A stretch of DNA of 64,000 nt from Thermoanaerobaculia bacterium (GCA_963666565.1 OY762911.1:2752001-2816000), one strand, 5' to 3'. Positions 1-10,652 are shown, counted from the first letter of the stretch. Notes: a model not told the origin generated them from the sequence alone. Numbers and translations are program-made.

Positions 1-286
1 CCACGCCGACCTGGATGTTGCGGCCGAAGCCGCCGTCCGTGTCGACCGGGATGCCGTCCCGCAGGGAGCGGTAGGCATGGCCGGGCCCGGCGACGTAGAT
101 CGGGTCGAAGGCGTCGCTCTGGCGGATCCGCTCGATGACCACCTCGATCAGCGGCCTGCCGCCGATCTTCACGTCCACTCCCTTGATGCCGGCGAGCGGG
201 TGCTTGGAGCGGCCTCCCGGCGGCATGTAGGCGGGCCGCCGGTCGCTGCCTCCGAGGATGACGAGGGGTACGTTCTTTCGGGTCAT
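1..286 (-). CDS. Partial gene (runs off the window edge), MobA/NTP-transferase-like protein
   Basis: Manual translation from ATG at 286: MTRKNVPLVILGGSDRRPAY...KGVDVKIGGRPLIEVVIERIRQS. This resembles the N-terminal nucleotidyltransferase pattern (ILAGG...K..L.I.GRP.I). Confidence 0.5.
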   Translation of the reverse strand, partial: MTRKNVPLVILGGSDRRPAYMPPGGRSKHPLAGIKGVDVKIGGRPLIEVVIERIRQSDAFDPIYVAGPGHAYRSLRDGIPVDTDGGFGRNIQVGV

Positions 287-416
287 CGGTCGTCCGGTTC
301 TCTCGCTGTCGCGGGCCGGATTGTACGCCGGAGAATCCCGGCGCCCAAGACCCCGCCGGCAAGGGCGCTAGCATCCTGTTGACGGCGGCCTCGCCCGGCC
401 GCCGGCGCCCCGCTCG

Positions 417-1592
417 ATGACTCTCCCAGCCCCGCCGACGCCAGAGGTCGTGGACCGCGACGACCGGTTGACCGCTCTCGCCGAACGCTGGCTGCGGGAG
501 ACGGCGGTTGGCCTCGACACGGAGTTCGTGCGCGAGCGGACGTTCTTCGCCCAACTCGGCCTGATTCAGGTCGGCGACAGCCAGGGCTGCTACCTGGTCG
601 ACATGGTCGCCATCGAGGACCGGTCGCCGCTGCTCGCGGTCGTGCGGGCGCCGAACGTGACGAAGGTGTTCCACTCGCCGAGCGAGGACCTGGAGATCTT
701 CCACCAGGCCTTCGGCCAGGCGCCGGCGCCCCTGTTCGATTGCCAGGTCGCGGCCACGCTGTGCGGCATGGGCCGTTCGCTGGGCTACGTTCACCTGGTC
801 TCCCATCTCTTCGACGTCGAACTGGGGAAGGGCGTGCAGCGGTCGAACTGGCTGCGGCGGCCGCTCAGCGAGGAGCAGGTGCGTTACGCCGGTCTCGACG
901 TGGCCTACCTCCTGCCGGCCCACGAGCGGTTGCAGGCGGCGCTCGTCGAACTCGGTCGCGAAGCCTGGGCCGAGGAGGAGTTCGGGCGGCTGCTCGGTAC
1001 GGCCGAGGCGCGTCTCGACCCGGATTGGCCCTGGCGCCGCCTGCGGCGCCCCTCGATGTCGCGGCGCCAACTGGGAGCGCTCCGCGCGCTCTGCGACTGG
1101 CGCGAGCGCCGGGCCCGCCGCCGGGACTTGCCCAGGGGCTTCGTGCTGAGGGACGAGACCCTGGTCGACCTGGCGCGCCGGCTCCCGCGCTCCGCGGAGG
1201 AACTGGCGGGAGCGAAGAGTCTCGGACCGCGCCAGGCGCGGCGTTTCGGACCGGTGCTGCTCGAGCTGGTTCGCGGCGTCCGCTCGCTCCCGAAGGGCCG
1301 GCTTCCCGAGCGCACGGAACGCGCCGGCAGGGGATCGTCGAGCGGCCTGCTGGACGGATTGCGGAAACTGGTTGCGCGAGTCGCCGCCGATCTCGACGTT
1401 CCGGTCGAGTTCCTCGTGCGCCGGAAGGCGCTCGAAGCCTGGGCCTCGCGGAGCGGCGAGCGGAGAGAGTGGGCGTGGCCGGCGGAGCTGGAGGGCTGGC
1501 GCCGCTCCGTGCTCGAACCGGAGGTCGAGCGTTCCGGCCTGCTCGACACCGGGGTCGCGGGGAAACGGCGGAACGCGTCGCGGCGCCGCTGA
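417..1592 (+). CDS. rnd: Ribonuclease D (DEDDy 3'-5' exonuclease + HRDC)
   Basis: VGLDTEF ExoI motif, LGLIQV, KVFH, SNWLRRPLSEEQVRYAGLDVAYL, and HRDC-like WRERRARRRDLPRGFVLRDETL. Confidence 0.9.
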   Translation: MTLPAPPTPEVVDRDDRLTALAERWLRETAVGLDTEFVRERTFFAQLGLIQVGDSQGCYLVDMVAIEDRSPLLAVVRAPNVTKVFHSPSEDLEIFHQAFGQAPAPLFDCQVAATLCGMGRSLGYVHLVSHLFDVELGKGVQRSNWLRRPLSEEQVRYAGLDVAYLLPAHERLQAALVELGREAWAEEEFGRLLGTAEARLDPDWPWRRLRRPSMSRRQLGALRALCDWRERRARRRDLPRGFVLRDETLVDLARRLPRSAEELAGAKSLGPRQARRFGPVLLELVRGVRSLPKGRLPERTERAGRGSSSGLLDGLRKLVARVAADLDVPVEFLVRRKALEAWASRSGERREWAWPAELEGWRRSVLEPEVERSGLLDTGVAGKRRNASRRR

Positions 1593-1646
1593 AGGGAGAC
1601 CGCCTCGCGTTGGGGGGCGCGGCGACTGGCGGTAGAGTCCGCCGCC

Positions 1647-2246
1647 GTGAAAGAGGTGATCGCGCAGGCACACGACATCGGCGACCTGTACGGCCTGTTC
1701 GGCGACCCCGCTCCCGCCGCCGTCGTCGTGCCCGAGGGTGCCGTGCCCCAGCCCCAACGCCGTCTCCTCGCTCACGAGAGCCACATGACCGTAACCCTGG
1801 AGGCGCACCACGGGGGCGCCGTCGAGGTGGAGGTTCTGGACCGGTTCGCGCGCGACGGCCGCTACGCGCGGAAGATCCTCCTGCGGCGCCCTGCCGGCGC
1901 CGGAAGGAGCGTGGGGCCGGGACCGGGCGCGGTGGTTCTGTTCGGGATCGTGCTGATCGACTTTCGGTTCACGACCGAGGCGGCCCGGCGCGAGATCGTG
2001 AGCGAAATGACGCCGCTCGGCCACGTGTTGATTCGCCACAGCCGGTTGCGGCGGATCAGCACCCACTGTCTGCTCGAGATCGAGCCGGACGAGGAACTCC
2101 ACCGGCACTTCGGGCTCGGCGCCCTCGCGTCTCGAAAGGACGACCGGTTGCGGGTCCATGGCCGCCTGGCGACGATCTTCTGCGACGAGCGGCCGGCCGT
2201 CGAACTGCTGGAGGTCGTGCCGCCGGGTCCGACGGCTCAGCCGTAG
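1647..2246 (+). CDS. Hypothetical protein, chorismate-lyase-like fold
   Basis: LLAHESHMTVTLEAHHG, YARKILL, TPLGHVLIRH and final LLEVV follow the UbiC/DUF98-like pattern. Confidence 0.55.
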   Translation: MKEVIAQAHDIGDLYGLFGDPAPAAVVVPEGAVPQPQRRLLAHESHMTVTLEAHHGGAVEVEVLDRFARDGRYARKILLRRPAGAGRSVGPGPGAVVLFGIVLIDFRFTTEAARREIVSEMTPLGHVLIRHSRLRRISTHCLLEIEPDEELHRHFGLGALASRKDDRLRVHGRLATIFCDERPAVELLEVVPPGPTAQP

Positions 2247-2349
2247 TCGGAGCGGTCGACAACCGACGCGCGACGACCGGTCCGGCCGGGAGCGCGGGGA
2301 AGTCCCCGGTTGGCTGGCGACGTCGACCGCTTGTCCGGTCGGGTCGCGC

Positions 2350-3336
2350 TCAGGCTCGCTCGATCGGGAACGGGACGAGTTCGTCGATGCCGTTCGCATC
2401 CAGTTCGAGTCCCAGCAAGCGGTCGAGGCCCAGGGCGACGCCGGCGCACTCGGGGAGACCGGCTTCGAGGGCGGCGAGGAAACGGTGCGGTATCGGCGGC
2501 AAGGGCCGGCCGAGTTCGCGCCTGCGGGCACGGTCGGACTCGAGTCGCTGACGCTGCTCGCGCGGGTCGACCAGTTCGCCGTAGCCGTTGGCGAGTTCGA
2601 TGCCGCCGACGTAGGCCTCGAATCGCTCCGCCGTGCGCGGGTCGCTCGCGTCGATCCGCGCCATCGCGGCCTGGGAGGCCGGGTAGCCGAAGACGATCGT
2701 GACGCGGTCGGGCGCGAGCCTGGGTTCGACGCGCTCGCCGAACAGCCGCGAGAGCAGGTCGTCCCGGTCGAGGCCGCTGGTTTCGACGGGTGCGCGGGCG
2801 TCCTCGACGGCGCGCCGCAGGTCGCCCGTCGAGGCGCCGTACGGGTCGATCCCGGCGTGCCGCCGCAGGAGATCGGCGTAGCTCACGTACTCCGCCGGCT
2901 CGAGGCGGCGCGAGCCGGAGAGGAGGGTCTCGATCAGGGCCGCGACTTCACGCATCAGCCGGTGGACGTCCCAGCCGACCCGGTACCACTCCAGGATCGT
3001 GAACTCGGGGTTGTGCCAGCGCCCCCGTTCGCCGCCGCGGAACGCCTTGCACACCTGGTAGATCGAGCCGGAACCGGCGGCCAGCAGGCGCTTCATCGCC
3101 AGTTCCGGCGAGGTCTGAAGGTACATCCGCCGGCGCTCGATCCCCGGCGCGTCGACCCTGGAGCTCAGGGGTTCCAGGTGCAGGTCGAGAGTCGTCTCGG
3201 CCGAGAGCAGGGGTGTTTCGACTTCCAGGACGCGCCGTTCCGCGAAGAAGGCGCGCAGCCTGGCGAGCATCGCCGCGCGCCGCTCCAGGGCCGCTGGCCC
3301 GGCGGTGGGCCGCCAGTCCGCGGCGTGGCCGGTCAC
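2350..3336 (-). CDS. epmA: EF-P lysine aminoacylase EpmA (GenX/PoxA)
   Basis: LEVETPLL, YLQTSPELAMKRLLAAG, HNPEFTILEWYR, ELANGYGEL and GVALGLDRL; no anticodon-binding domain; adjacent to efp. Confidence 0.95.
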   Translation of the reverse strand: MTGHAADWRPTAGPAALERRAAMLARLRAFFAERRVLEVETPLLSAETTLDLHLEPLSSRVDAPGIERRRMYLQTSPELAMKRLLAAGSGSIYQVCKAFRGGERGRWHNPEFTILEWYRVGWDVHRLMREVAALIETLLSGSRRLEPAEYVSYADLLRRHAGIDPYGASTGDLRRAVEDARAPVETSGLDRDDLLSRLFGERVEPRLAPDRVTIVFGYPASQAAMARIDASDPRTAERFEAYVGGIELANGYGELVDPREQRQRLESDRARRRELGRPLPPIPHRFLAALEAGLPECAGVALGLDRLLGLELDANGIDELVPFPIERA

Positions 3337-3339
3337 CGC

Positions 3340-3909
3340 TTACGTCTTGCCGCGGGAAACGTACTCGCCGGTGCGGGTGTCGACCCGGATCGACTCGCCG
3401 GTCTGGATGAAGAGCGGCACCTTGACCACCGCGCCGGTTTCGAGCTTCGCCGGCTTGCTGCCGCCGCTCGAGGTGTCTCCCTTCAGCCCGGGGTCCGTCT
3501 CGACGACCTCCCGGACGACGAAGTTCGGCGCCGCGACGAGGATCGGATGGCCGTTCCAGAGCGTCACGCTGCAGACGTCCTCCTCCTTGATCCACTGCTC
3601 GGCGCCGCCCAGGGCCGCGGCGTCGGCCTCGACCTGGTCGTAGGTGTCGGGGTTCATGAAGAACCAGTGCCCGCCGTCCGCGTAGAGGTACTGCATCGAG
3701 GTCTCGATCACGTCGGCGCCCTCGAGCAGGTCGCCCGGCTTGTAGGTCTTCTCGTTGACCCGTCCGTTCAGGAGGTTGCGCATCTTGACCCGGGTGAACG
3801 CCTGACCCTTGCCGGGCTTGATGAAGTCGCACGAGATGATGACGTTCGGCTCGCCGCTCTCGAGCACCTTGAGCCCGGTGCGGACCTGGTTCATGTTGTA
3901 GCTGGCCAT
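3340..3909 (-). CDS. efp: Elongation factor P
   Basis: Starts MASYNMNQ at 3909; has the KPGKGQAF loop, DPGLKGDT and [25 protein letters not shown]. Confidence 0.97.
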   Translation of the reverse strand: MASYNMNQVRTGLKVLESGEPNVIISCDFIKPGKGQAFTRVKMRNLLNGRVNEKTYKPGDLLEGADVIETSMQYLYADGGHWFFMNPDTYDQVEADAAALGGAEQWIKEEDVCSVTLWNGHPILVAAPNFVVREVVETDPGLKGDTSSGGSKPAKLETGAVVKVPLFIQTGESIRVDTRTGEYVSRGKT

Positions 3910-4050
3910 CGATCCCGAACGCCCTCCGGCGACGCTGCCGTTGCCGCGAACCCTAGCAGTCGGCGCCGCGGTGAAACTCGCGGCCTTCCTGCTCCGTTGT
4001 AAGGCGACAGGGAGGGAACACCATTCCCCGGAACCCACAGGGAGAACGCG

Positions 4051-5256
4051 ATGACCGACCAACCTTCGATCCCCGCTCCGGCTTCCAACGCTCCGATCCG
4101 CCGCCGCGGACCGCGACTCCCGCGTTGCGGCCTCGCGATCGCGACGCTGGCCGCGGCCGCGTTGCTCGCGGCGCCCGCTTCCGCCGAGTTCGACGAGAGC
4201 CACCGCTTCGACGCCCGTTCGTTGCAGGTCACCAACCTGATCGGCAAGGTGACGATCGGACAGGCGACCGGCGACGAGTTCGAGGTCGCCGTCTCCGTGC
4301 GCGGCGCCGATGGCCTGCCGCGGAACATCGCGATCGAGCAGGAGCGCGGCTCGCGCGCCCGGCTGGACGTCGTCTTCCCGGTCGACGACGAGCGCCGTTT
4401 CGTCTACCCGGAGTTCAGCCGCCGGCGCGCCCAGCTCTGGTTCCGGGAAGGCCGCTCACGCAGCCTGCTGGGGGAGATCCTGCGGTCCGTTTCGGGCCGC
4501 CGGATCCGGGTCGAACGGAGGGGCAGCGGCATGGAAGTCTGGGCCGACGTGACGATCCTCGTGCCCGCCGGCGCGTCGCTGAAGCTCGAGCACGGCGCCG
4601 GCGACGTGGAGATCGAAGGCGTCGCGGCCGACCTCGACGTGGACGTGAAGGCCGGCGCGATGGAGGCGGCCGGGCTGGACGGCCAGGTCGGGCTCAGAGT
4701 CGGCAGCGGCCGGCTGAACGTGAGCGACGCGCGTGGCGAGCTGAATCTCGACACGGGCAGCGGCGGGGTTTCGCTGGACGGCTTCGAGGGCGGCGCGCTC
4801 GAGATCGACACGGGCAGCGGGTCCGTCGAAGTGGCGGAAGCGACCGCGGAGACCGTGGAGATCGACACGGGCAGCGGCGGCGTGAGAGTGAACGGGGCCG
4901 AGGCCGAGATGCTCGCGATCGACACGGGCAGCGGCAGCGTCCGGGTCGCCGCCGCCGCGGTCGACGCCGCGGAGATCGACACCGGGAGCGGCAGTGTCCG
5001 TCTCGCGCTCGACCGGATGGGCGGCGGGAACTTCGACATCGACACCGGCTCGGGCGGCATCTCCGTGCTCGTTCCCGAGGACGTGTCCGCCCGGTTCGAC
5101 ATCGACGTCGGCTCCGGCGGCATCGAGGTCGACGTGCCGATCGCCAGAACGCTGCACAAGAGCCGGGGCGAGATGCGGTTCGTGGCCGGCGATGGCGACG
5201 CGAACGTGGTTCTGGACACCGGCTCCGGCGGCGTCCGGATCGCGACCGTGGACTGA
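4051..5256 (+). CDS. Secreted DUF4097-type beta-strand repeat protein
   Basis: Signal peptide ([13 protein letters not shown]) and 19-aa repeats of IDTGSGxV. Confidence 0.8.
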   Translation: MTDQPSIPAPASNAPIRRRGPRLPRCGLAIATLAAAALLAAPASAEFDESHRFDARSLQVTNLIGKVTIGQATGDEFEVAVSVRGADGLPRNIAIEQERGSRARLDVVFPVDDERRFVYPEFSRRRAQLWFREGRSRSLLGEILRSVSGRRIRVERRGSGMEVWADVTILVPAGASLKLEHGAGDVEIEGVAADLDVDVKAGAMEAAGLDGQVGLRVGSGRLNVSDARGELNLDTGSGGVSLDGFEGGALEIDTGSGSVEVAEATAETVEIDTGSGGVRVNGAEAEMLAIDTGSGSVRVAAAAVDAAEIDTGSGSVRLALDRMGGGNFDIDTGSGGISVLVPEDVSARFDIDVGSGGIEVDVPIARTLHKSRGEMRFVAGDGDANVVLDTGSGGVRIATVD

Positions 5257-5302
5257 CCGATCCGGCGCGGGCCGTCGGGCCGGGCGCCCGGCCGTGAGCC
5301 TG

Positions 5303-5782
5303 CTACGCGGGCAGGCCGGCCATCGAGCAGACGATGCGCCACTCCCGTTCCGTCACCGGCTGCACGGAGAGCCGCTGGCCCCGGCGGAGCAGGGCCATTC
5401 CCTCCAGGTCGGGCCGCTGCCGCAGTTCGGCCAGGGTGACGGGCTCGTCGAACTTCCGCTCGAACTCGATGTCCACCAGGTACCACCGGGGGTTCTCCGG
5501 GTCCGACTTCGGGTCGTAGTGGGAGTCGTCCGGGTCGAACTGGGTCGGATCCGGGTACGACTCGCTGCACACCCGCGCCAGGCCGACCACCGCCGTCGGC
5601 TTGGCGTTCGAGTGGTAGTAGAGAACCCCGTCGCCGACCCGCATCCGGTCCCGCATCAGATTGCGGGCCTGGTAGTTCCGCACGCCGTCCCAGTACGTCT
5701 TGCCGTCGCGGGCCAGGTCGTCGATCGAGTACTCGCCCGGTTCGCTCTTCATCAGCCAGTACTGGCGGGATTCGTCCGTCAT
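5303..5782 (-). CDS. EVE domain protein
   Basis: YWLMKSEP, WDGVRNYQARN, YYHSN, YPDPTQFDP, RLSVQPV. Confidence 0.93.
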   Translation of the reverse strand: MTDESRQYWLMKSEPGEYSIDDLARDGKTYWDGVRNYQARNLMRDRMRVGDGVLYYHSNAKPTAVVGLARVCSESYPDPTQFDPDDSHYDPKSDPENPRWYLVDIEFERKFDEPVTLAELRQRPDLEGMALLRRGQRLSVQPVTEREWRIVCSMAGLPA

Positions 5783-5801
5783 GGGGGCCTCCTTGTCGTG
5801 G

Positions 5802-6712
5802 CTACAGGATGCTCCGTCCGAAGAGGGAGCAGAGCAGATCGAGGGCGAGCTTTGCCGTCCGGTTCCGGGTGTCGAGGATCGGATTCACTTCGACCACGTC
5901 GACCGAGCCGAGACGGCCGTGTTCGGCGATCAGCTCCATCAGCAGGTGGCCCTCGCGGTAGCTCAGGCCGCCGGGCGCCTGGGTGCCGACGCCGGGGGCC
6001 TCGCGCGGATCGATGCAGTCGAGGTCGAGCGAGACGTGGATGCGGTCGACATCGTCGAGACGCTCGAGGGCTTCGGCGGCGAGCGGCGCCAGGCCACGCT
6101 CGTCGATCTGCCGCATCGTGTAGGCGGCGACGCCGGCCGAGTGGATCAGTTCCTGCTCGCCGGGGTCGAGATCCCGCACGCCGAACAGGACGACGTCTTC
6201 GGTTCGCAGCTTGGCGCCGGGCCGGCCCACGTTGACGAGTTGCGGTGCGCCGTGGCCGCAGAGCGCGGCCAGGGGCATGCCGTGGAGGTTGCCGCTCGGC
6301 GAGGTTTCGGGCGTGTTGAAGTCGCCGTGGGCGTCGATCCACAGATCCACAGGACGCCGGTGCGCCGCTCGTGCGTGACGCCGCCGATCGTGCCGACGGC
6401 GATCGAGTGGTCGCCGCCGAGCACGAGCGGCAGGGCGCCGTCGGCCACCGCCTGCCGGCTCGCCTCGTAGATGCGCTCGCAGGCGTCGACGACGGGCGGC
6501 AGGAAGCCCAGGCCCGGTTCTTCGGCCAGCGCGTCCCGCTCGACGGTCTCGATGTTGCCCCGATCCTCGACGCGGTAGCCGAGCCGGGTCAGGGCCGACT
6601 TGAGGCCGGCGTAGCGGAGAGCGGTGGGGCCGAGGTCCACGCCGCGGCGGGACTGCCCGAGGTCCAGCGGCGCGCCGACGACGCGGATCGTGGTCCGGGC
6701 GGGGCTGGGCAT
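5802..6712 (-). pseudogene. rocF: Arginase, frameshifted by an 8-bp tandem duplication
   Basis: The N-half ([17 protein letters not shown]...[10 protein letters not shown]) and C-half ([21 protein letters not shown]...SLDLDCIDP...EVNP) are in different frames. GATCCACA is duplicated at 6336-6351; removing one copy gives a 903-nt (300 aa) ORF. Confidence 0.9.
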
Positions 6713-6748
6713 GGGCGGGAAGTTAGCAACTAGGATGCGAAGCCAGAA

Positions 6749-8539
6749 ATGTCCGTTCGCAACTTCTGCATCATCGCCCACATCGACCACGGCAAGTCGA
6801 CGCTGGCCGACCGTCTGATCCAGCACTGCGGGGCGGTCGAGGACCGCCAGTTCCGCGACCAGATCCTCGACTCGATGGACATCGAGCGGGAGCGGGGCAT
6901 CACGATCAAGAGCAACACGGTGACCCTCCGGCACCAGGACGCCGAGGGCCGGCCCTGCCGCCTGAACCTGATCGACACGCCGGGCCACGTCGACTTCTCG
7001 CACGAGGTGCGGCGCTCGCTCATGTCCTGCGAGGGGGCGCTGCTCCTGATCGACGCGTCGCAGGGCGTCGAGGCGCAGACGGTCGCGAACCTCTACCTGG
7101 CGCTGGAGTACGACCTGACGATCATCCCGGTGATCAACAAGATCGACCTGCCGTCGGCCGACGTGGACCGGGTGCGCGAGGAGATCGACAGCGACCTGGG
7201 GCTCGATCCGTTCGAGGCGGTGCTGTGCTCGGCGAAGACGGGCGAGGGCGTCGAGGACGTGCTCGACGCGATCGTGACCCGGTTGCCGGCGCCGGAGGAG
7301 GACTCGTCGGCCCCGCTCCGGGCGCTCGTGTTCGATGCCCAGTACGACCCCTACCGCGGCGTCGTCCTGCTGGTGCGGGTGCGCGAAGGATCGCTCCGGC
7401 CGAAGCAGAAGATCCGCCTGATGCACACGGGCAGCGAGCACGACGTGGAGGAGCTCGGCACTTTGCTGCTCAAGCGCCGGCGGAGCGAGTCGCTCGAGGC
7501 CGGCTCGGTGGGCTACGTGATCGCCGGCATCCGCAACATCTCCGAGATCGACATCGGCGACACGATCACGAGCGCCGCGGGCGGCGCGGCCGAGCCGATC
7601 CCCGGCTACCGCGAGGCCAAGCCGGTCGTCTTCTCGTCGATGTACCCGGTGTCGAGCCACGACTACGAGGACCTGACGCGGGCGCTCGAAAAGCTCGCGT
7701 TGAACGACGCTTCGCTGACCTTCGAGAAGGACTCGTCGTCGGCGCTCGGCTTCGGCTTCCGCTGCGGGTTCCTCGGGCTCCTGCACCTGGACGTGGTGCA
7801 GGAGCGCCTGGAACGTGAGTACGGGCTGTCGCTCGTGCTCTCCGCGCCGTCGGTGCGCTACCGGGTGGAGATGTCGGACGGCGCCGAGAGGCGGATCGAC
7901 AACCCGGCCGCCTACCCGGACCCGTCCGAGATCGAGAGCGTCGCCGAGCCGTACATCAAGGCGGCGATCATGTTGCCGGAGCGCTACCTCGGGGCGGTCA
8001 TGGAACTCTGCCTGGAGCGCCGCGGCGGCAAGACGAACATCCACTACCTGGCGGTGGGCCGGGTCGAACTGACCTGCGAGCTGCCGCTCGCCGAGGTGCT
8101 GTTCGACTTCTACGACCGGCTGAAGACGGTGACCCAGGGCTACGGCTCGTTCGACTACGAGCTGATCGGCCTGCGGCCGACGGATCTCGTCAAGGTCGAC
8201 ATCCTGGTCAACGGCGAGCGGGTCGACGCGCTGTCCCAGCTCGTCCACCGCGAAAAGGCGCGCCCGCGGGCGCTCCGCTACTGCGAGCGGCTCAAGGACA
8301 CGATCCCGCGCCAGCAGTTCAAGATCGCCATCCAGGGCGCCATCGGCGGCCAGATCATCGCCCGCACGACGATCGGCGCCTTCCGCAAGGACGTCACCGC
8401 CAAGTGCTACGGCGGCGACATCACCCGCAAGCGCAAGCTGCTGGAGAAGCAACGCGAGGGCAAGAAGCGGATGAAGCGCGTCGGCTCGGTGGACATCCCG
8501 CAGGAGGCGTTCGTGTCCGTGTTGCGCAGCGACGGGTAG
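6749..8539 (+). CDS. lepA: Elongation factor 4 (LepA)
   Basis: IAHIDHGKSTLADR, ERERGITIK, LIDTPGHVDF, GFRCGFLGLLH, KCYGGDITRKRKLLEKQ. Confidence 0.98.
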   Translation: MSVRNFCIIAHIDHGKSTLADRLIQHCGAVEDRQFRDQILDSMDIERERGITIKSNTVTLRHQDAEGRPCRLNLIDTPGHVDFSHEVRRSLMSCEGALLLIDASQGVEAQTVANLYLALEYDLTIIPVINKIDLPSADVDRVREEIDSDLGLDPFEAVLCSAKTGEGVEDVLDAIVTRLPAPEEDSSAPLRALVFDAQYDPYRGVVLLVRVREGSLRPKQKIRLMHTGSEHDVEELGTLLLKRRRSESLEAGSVGYVIAGIRNISEIDIGDTITSAAGGAAEPIPGYREAKPVVFSSMYPVSSHDYEDLTRALEKLALNDASLTFEKDSSSALGFGFRCGFLGLLHLDVVQERLEREYGLSLVLSAPSVRYRVEMSDGAERRIDNPAAYPDPSEIESVAEPYIKAAIMLPERYLGAVMELCLERRGGKTNIHYLAVGRVELTCELPLAEVLFDFYDRLKTVTQGYGSFDYELIGLRPTDLVKVDILVNGERVDALSQLVHREKARPRALRYCERLKDTIPRQQFKIAIQGAIGGQIIARTTIGAFRKDVTAKCYGGDITRKRKLLEKQREGKKRMKRVGSVDIPQEAFVSVLRSDG

Positions 8540-8726
8540 CACCCCCGCAGCCCCGACGGGCTGGACGGCGTCGGTTGGCGGAGACGGGCGCCGACCCAAG
8601 CGGATTGCCGGGTGCGTGGCCCGGTTAGGCGGACTCGCCGGTGTAGAAAGGCGACTGTGCGAAGTGCGGCCTCCGAATCGAGCGGCGCCGACTTCGCGCA
8701 CCGCGCCGCGACGCGATCCGAAGCGC

Positions 8727-10652
8727 CTACTCCGGCGTGTACCAGATCGGCGACGACCAGGCGCGTTCCTGGATCGTCGGCGCCACGTCGTGGCGGGGTT
8801 CGACGCCTTCGCGCAGGGCGTCCCAGGTGGACCAGCGGCAGGTCGGGTTCTCGAGCACGCGCACGTAGTAGAAGGCGCGCTTCGAGGCGTCGAAGTCGGG
8901 GTCGGTCCAGACCGCCTTGAGTTCATCCGCGCCGGAGTCGGCGCTGATCCCGCATGTGGCGAGGTCGACCGTGGCGCCGTTGCCGGGGCAGCGGTTGGTG
9001 GCCGGATCGACCTCGGCGCCGTCGGAGCAGGCGACGTCGTAGACCGTCTCGGCGCCCTCGCCGTCGCTGGACCAGCCCTTGACGACCTGCACGCGGTCGA
9101 GCGGCGCGGCCATCGAGTCGCGCATCGCCCAGACGGCGAAGGTCGGCGCGGCGCCGGCTTCCGCGGGCAGCAGATCGCCGCCCATCGGCACGCCCTCGGC
9201 GTACGCCGTCGTCAGGAAGTCGGGGTCGTCCAGGTCGCCGTCCGCGAAATCGCCGGCGAAGAAGCGGACCTTCATCCGGGGACCGGAGGTGGCGAAGGTC
9301 TCCTTGTTCCGCATGGCGTCGAAGATCGCCTCGCGGGTGTTCTCCTCGGCCCAGACGCCGGCCAGGCCGGAGGCGCCCCAGGTGTAGTAGTAGGTGTCGC
9401 GAAAGGTGCGACCCGAGCCGTCGTCGGTTCGGATCGAGGAGTCCGACTCCTGGGCCGGGTCGCCGGTGCTCTGGTTGACGCCCGTGCCGGGGACCGAGCC
9501 GCGAAGATGCGCTTCGGCGTCGAGAAGGCCGACCTTCGACCAGTAGTCGCTCTCCAGGAAGGCGCCGGCGGAGACGTGCGTGTCGCTGGCGCCGATCAGG
9601 CCGAACTTGTACGGATTCGTCAGGCCGCCGTCGGCGAGCCGGAGGCCCCGGATGAACGCGTCGCGGACGTAGCTTCCTTCCGGTTCGCTGACGATCGTCG
9701 TCGCGATCTTGTAGGGCATGATCTCGAAGTCGGCCCACTCGTCGTTGGGAGAGAGCGCCGGGTGGGTGTCCGAGGTGCCCTTGACCTGGGTCATCTCGAC
9801 GATCGGCTCGTTCCGGGTCCGCACGTCGACGTAGTCCTCGTCGAGGGGATCGCCGTAGAACTTCTCCATCTCGAACATGCGGCCGCCGGAGCCGTTCGGG
9901 TTGTGCGGGATGGCGAGCGCGTCGATGCCCTGCGACCGCCACTCGTCCATCGCGGCCCAGAGGTCCTCGGGGTTCTGGGAGTCGATCCGGCTGAACGGCG
10001 CGTCCGGGGCTTCGGAACCGCGGAAGACCACGTTGCGGTGCAGGTTGTCCCGCTCGTAGCCGGAGGACGTGTACTCGTAGGCGATGAAGGTCGTGAAGTT
10101 GCCGGGGTCGTTGTGCGCCTCGGCCGCCTCGACGATCTTCGACCAGGCGCCCCGCACGACGTCCATGTCGAGGTGTTCGTCCTCGCCCGCGCGGGCGCCC
10201 AGGTAGGGACGCATGCCGACGAAGATGCCGCGGCGCTCGTCCGCCTCCTCGGCGGCGCGCAGGTCGGCGGCGATCGGGTGGTCGTAGGCGGCGGAACCCT
10301 CCTCGGTCATCGCGGGCAGCATGCCGAGGTACATGCCGTGGTCGGTCACGCCCTGGAAGTCGAGCGGCCGGTCGAGTTTCATGTCGAAGCCGGCGGGGTG
10401 CTCGATCGTTCCGCCCTTGGCGAACTCGTAGGCGTCGTTCGGATCGGTCGTCGTGCCGAAGATGAAGGCGTCGAACGAGTAGCGGGTGTGGACGTGCAGG
10501 TCGCCGAAGTAGGCGTTCTTCGTCGGGTTCGGCGCCTCGGCGGTCCCGGCTGCCGGCTCGGCGCCGCCGGGGTCGCCGTCGCCAGGAGCGCAGGCGGCCA
10601 TCGGGAGTACGGAGCACGCGGCCAGCGCCGCGACCGTCGTCAGCTTCTTCAT
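8727..10652 (-). CDS. DUF3604 family PHP-like metallohydrolase, probable lipoprotein
   Basis: YFGDLHVHT, TDH, FIAYEYT, NLHRNVVFR, AIPHNPN, GLAGVWAEENTREAIFDAM..KETFATSG, QERAWSSPIWY; Cys-containing signal peptide. Confidence 0.85.
   Translation of the reverse strand: MKKLTTVAALAACSVLPMAACAPGDGDPGGAEPAAGTAEAPNPTKNAYFGDLHVHTRYSFDAFIFGTTTDPNDAYEFAKGGTIEHPAGFDMKLDRPLDFQGVTDHGMYLGMLPAMTEEGSAAYDHPIAADLRAAEEADERRGIFVGMRPYLGARAGEDEHLDMDVVRGAWSKIVEAAEAHNDPGNFTTFIAYEYTSSGYERDNLHRNVVFRGSEAPDAPFSRIDSQNPEDLWAAMDEWRSQGIDALAIPHNPNGSGGRMFEMEKFYGDPLDEDYVDVRTRNEPIVEMTQVKGTSDTHPALSPNDEWADFEIMPYKIATTIVSEPEGSYVRDAFIRGLRLADGGLTNPYKFGLIGASDTHVSAGAFLESDYWSKVGLLDAEAHLRGSVPGTGVNQSTGDPAQESDSSIRTDDGSGRTFRDTYYYTWGASGLAGVWAEENTREAIFDAMRNKETFATSGPRMKVRFFAGDFADGDLDDPDFLTTAYAEGVPMGGDLLPAEAGAAPTFAVWAMRDSMAAPLDRVQVVKGWSSDGEGAETVYDVACSDGAEVDPATNRCPGNGATVDLATCGISADSGADELKAVWTDPDFDASKRAFYYVRVLENPTCRWSTWDALREGVEPRHDVAPTIQERAWSSPIWYTPE

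Noticed and set aside
4745-5060. Regularly spaced ~17-bp repeats (TCGACACGGGCAGCGG) with a 57-nt period, CRISPR-like at first sight
   Set aside because: They are in-frame DTGSG repeats of the DUF4097 protein; the period is a multiple of 3, variation is synonymous, and there are no cas genes.
6330-6360. Programmed ribosomal frameshift in arginase
   Set aside because: There is no slippery heptamer, and an exact 8-bp duplication explains the shift.
6146-8926. 926-aa minus-strand ORF and other very long overlapping ORFs (e.g. 20490-23903, 10749-13844, 44068-47124, 44081-47479)
   Set aside because: These are shadow frames of high-GC genes, Arg/Pro/Gly-rich and without motifs. Only 6712 to ~6345 of the first is real (arginase N-half).
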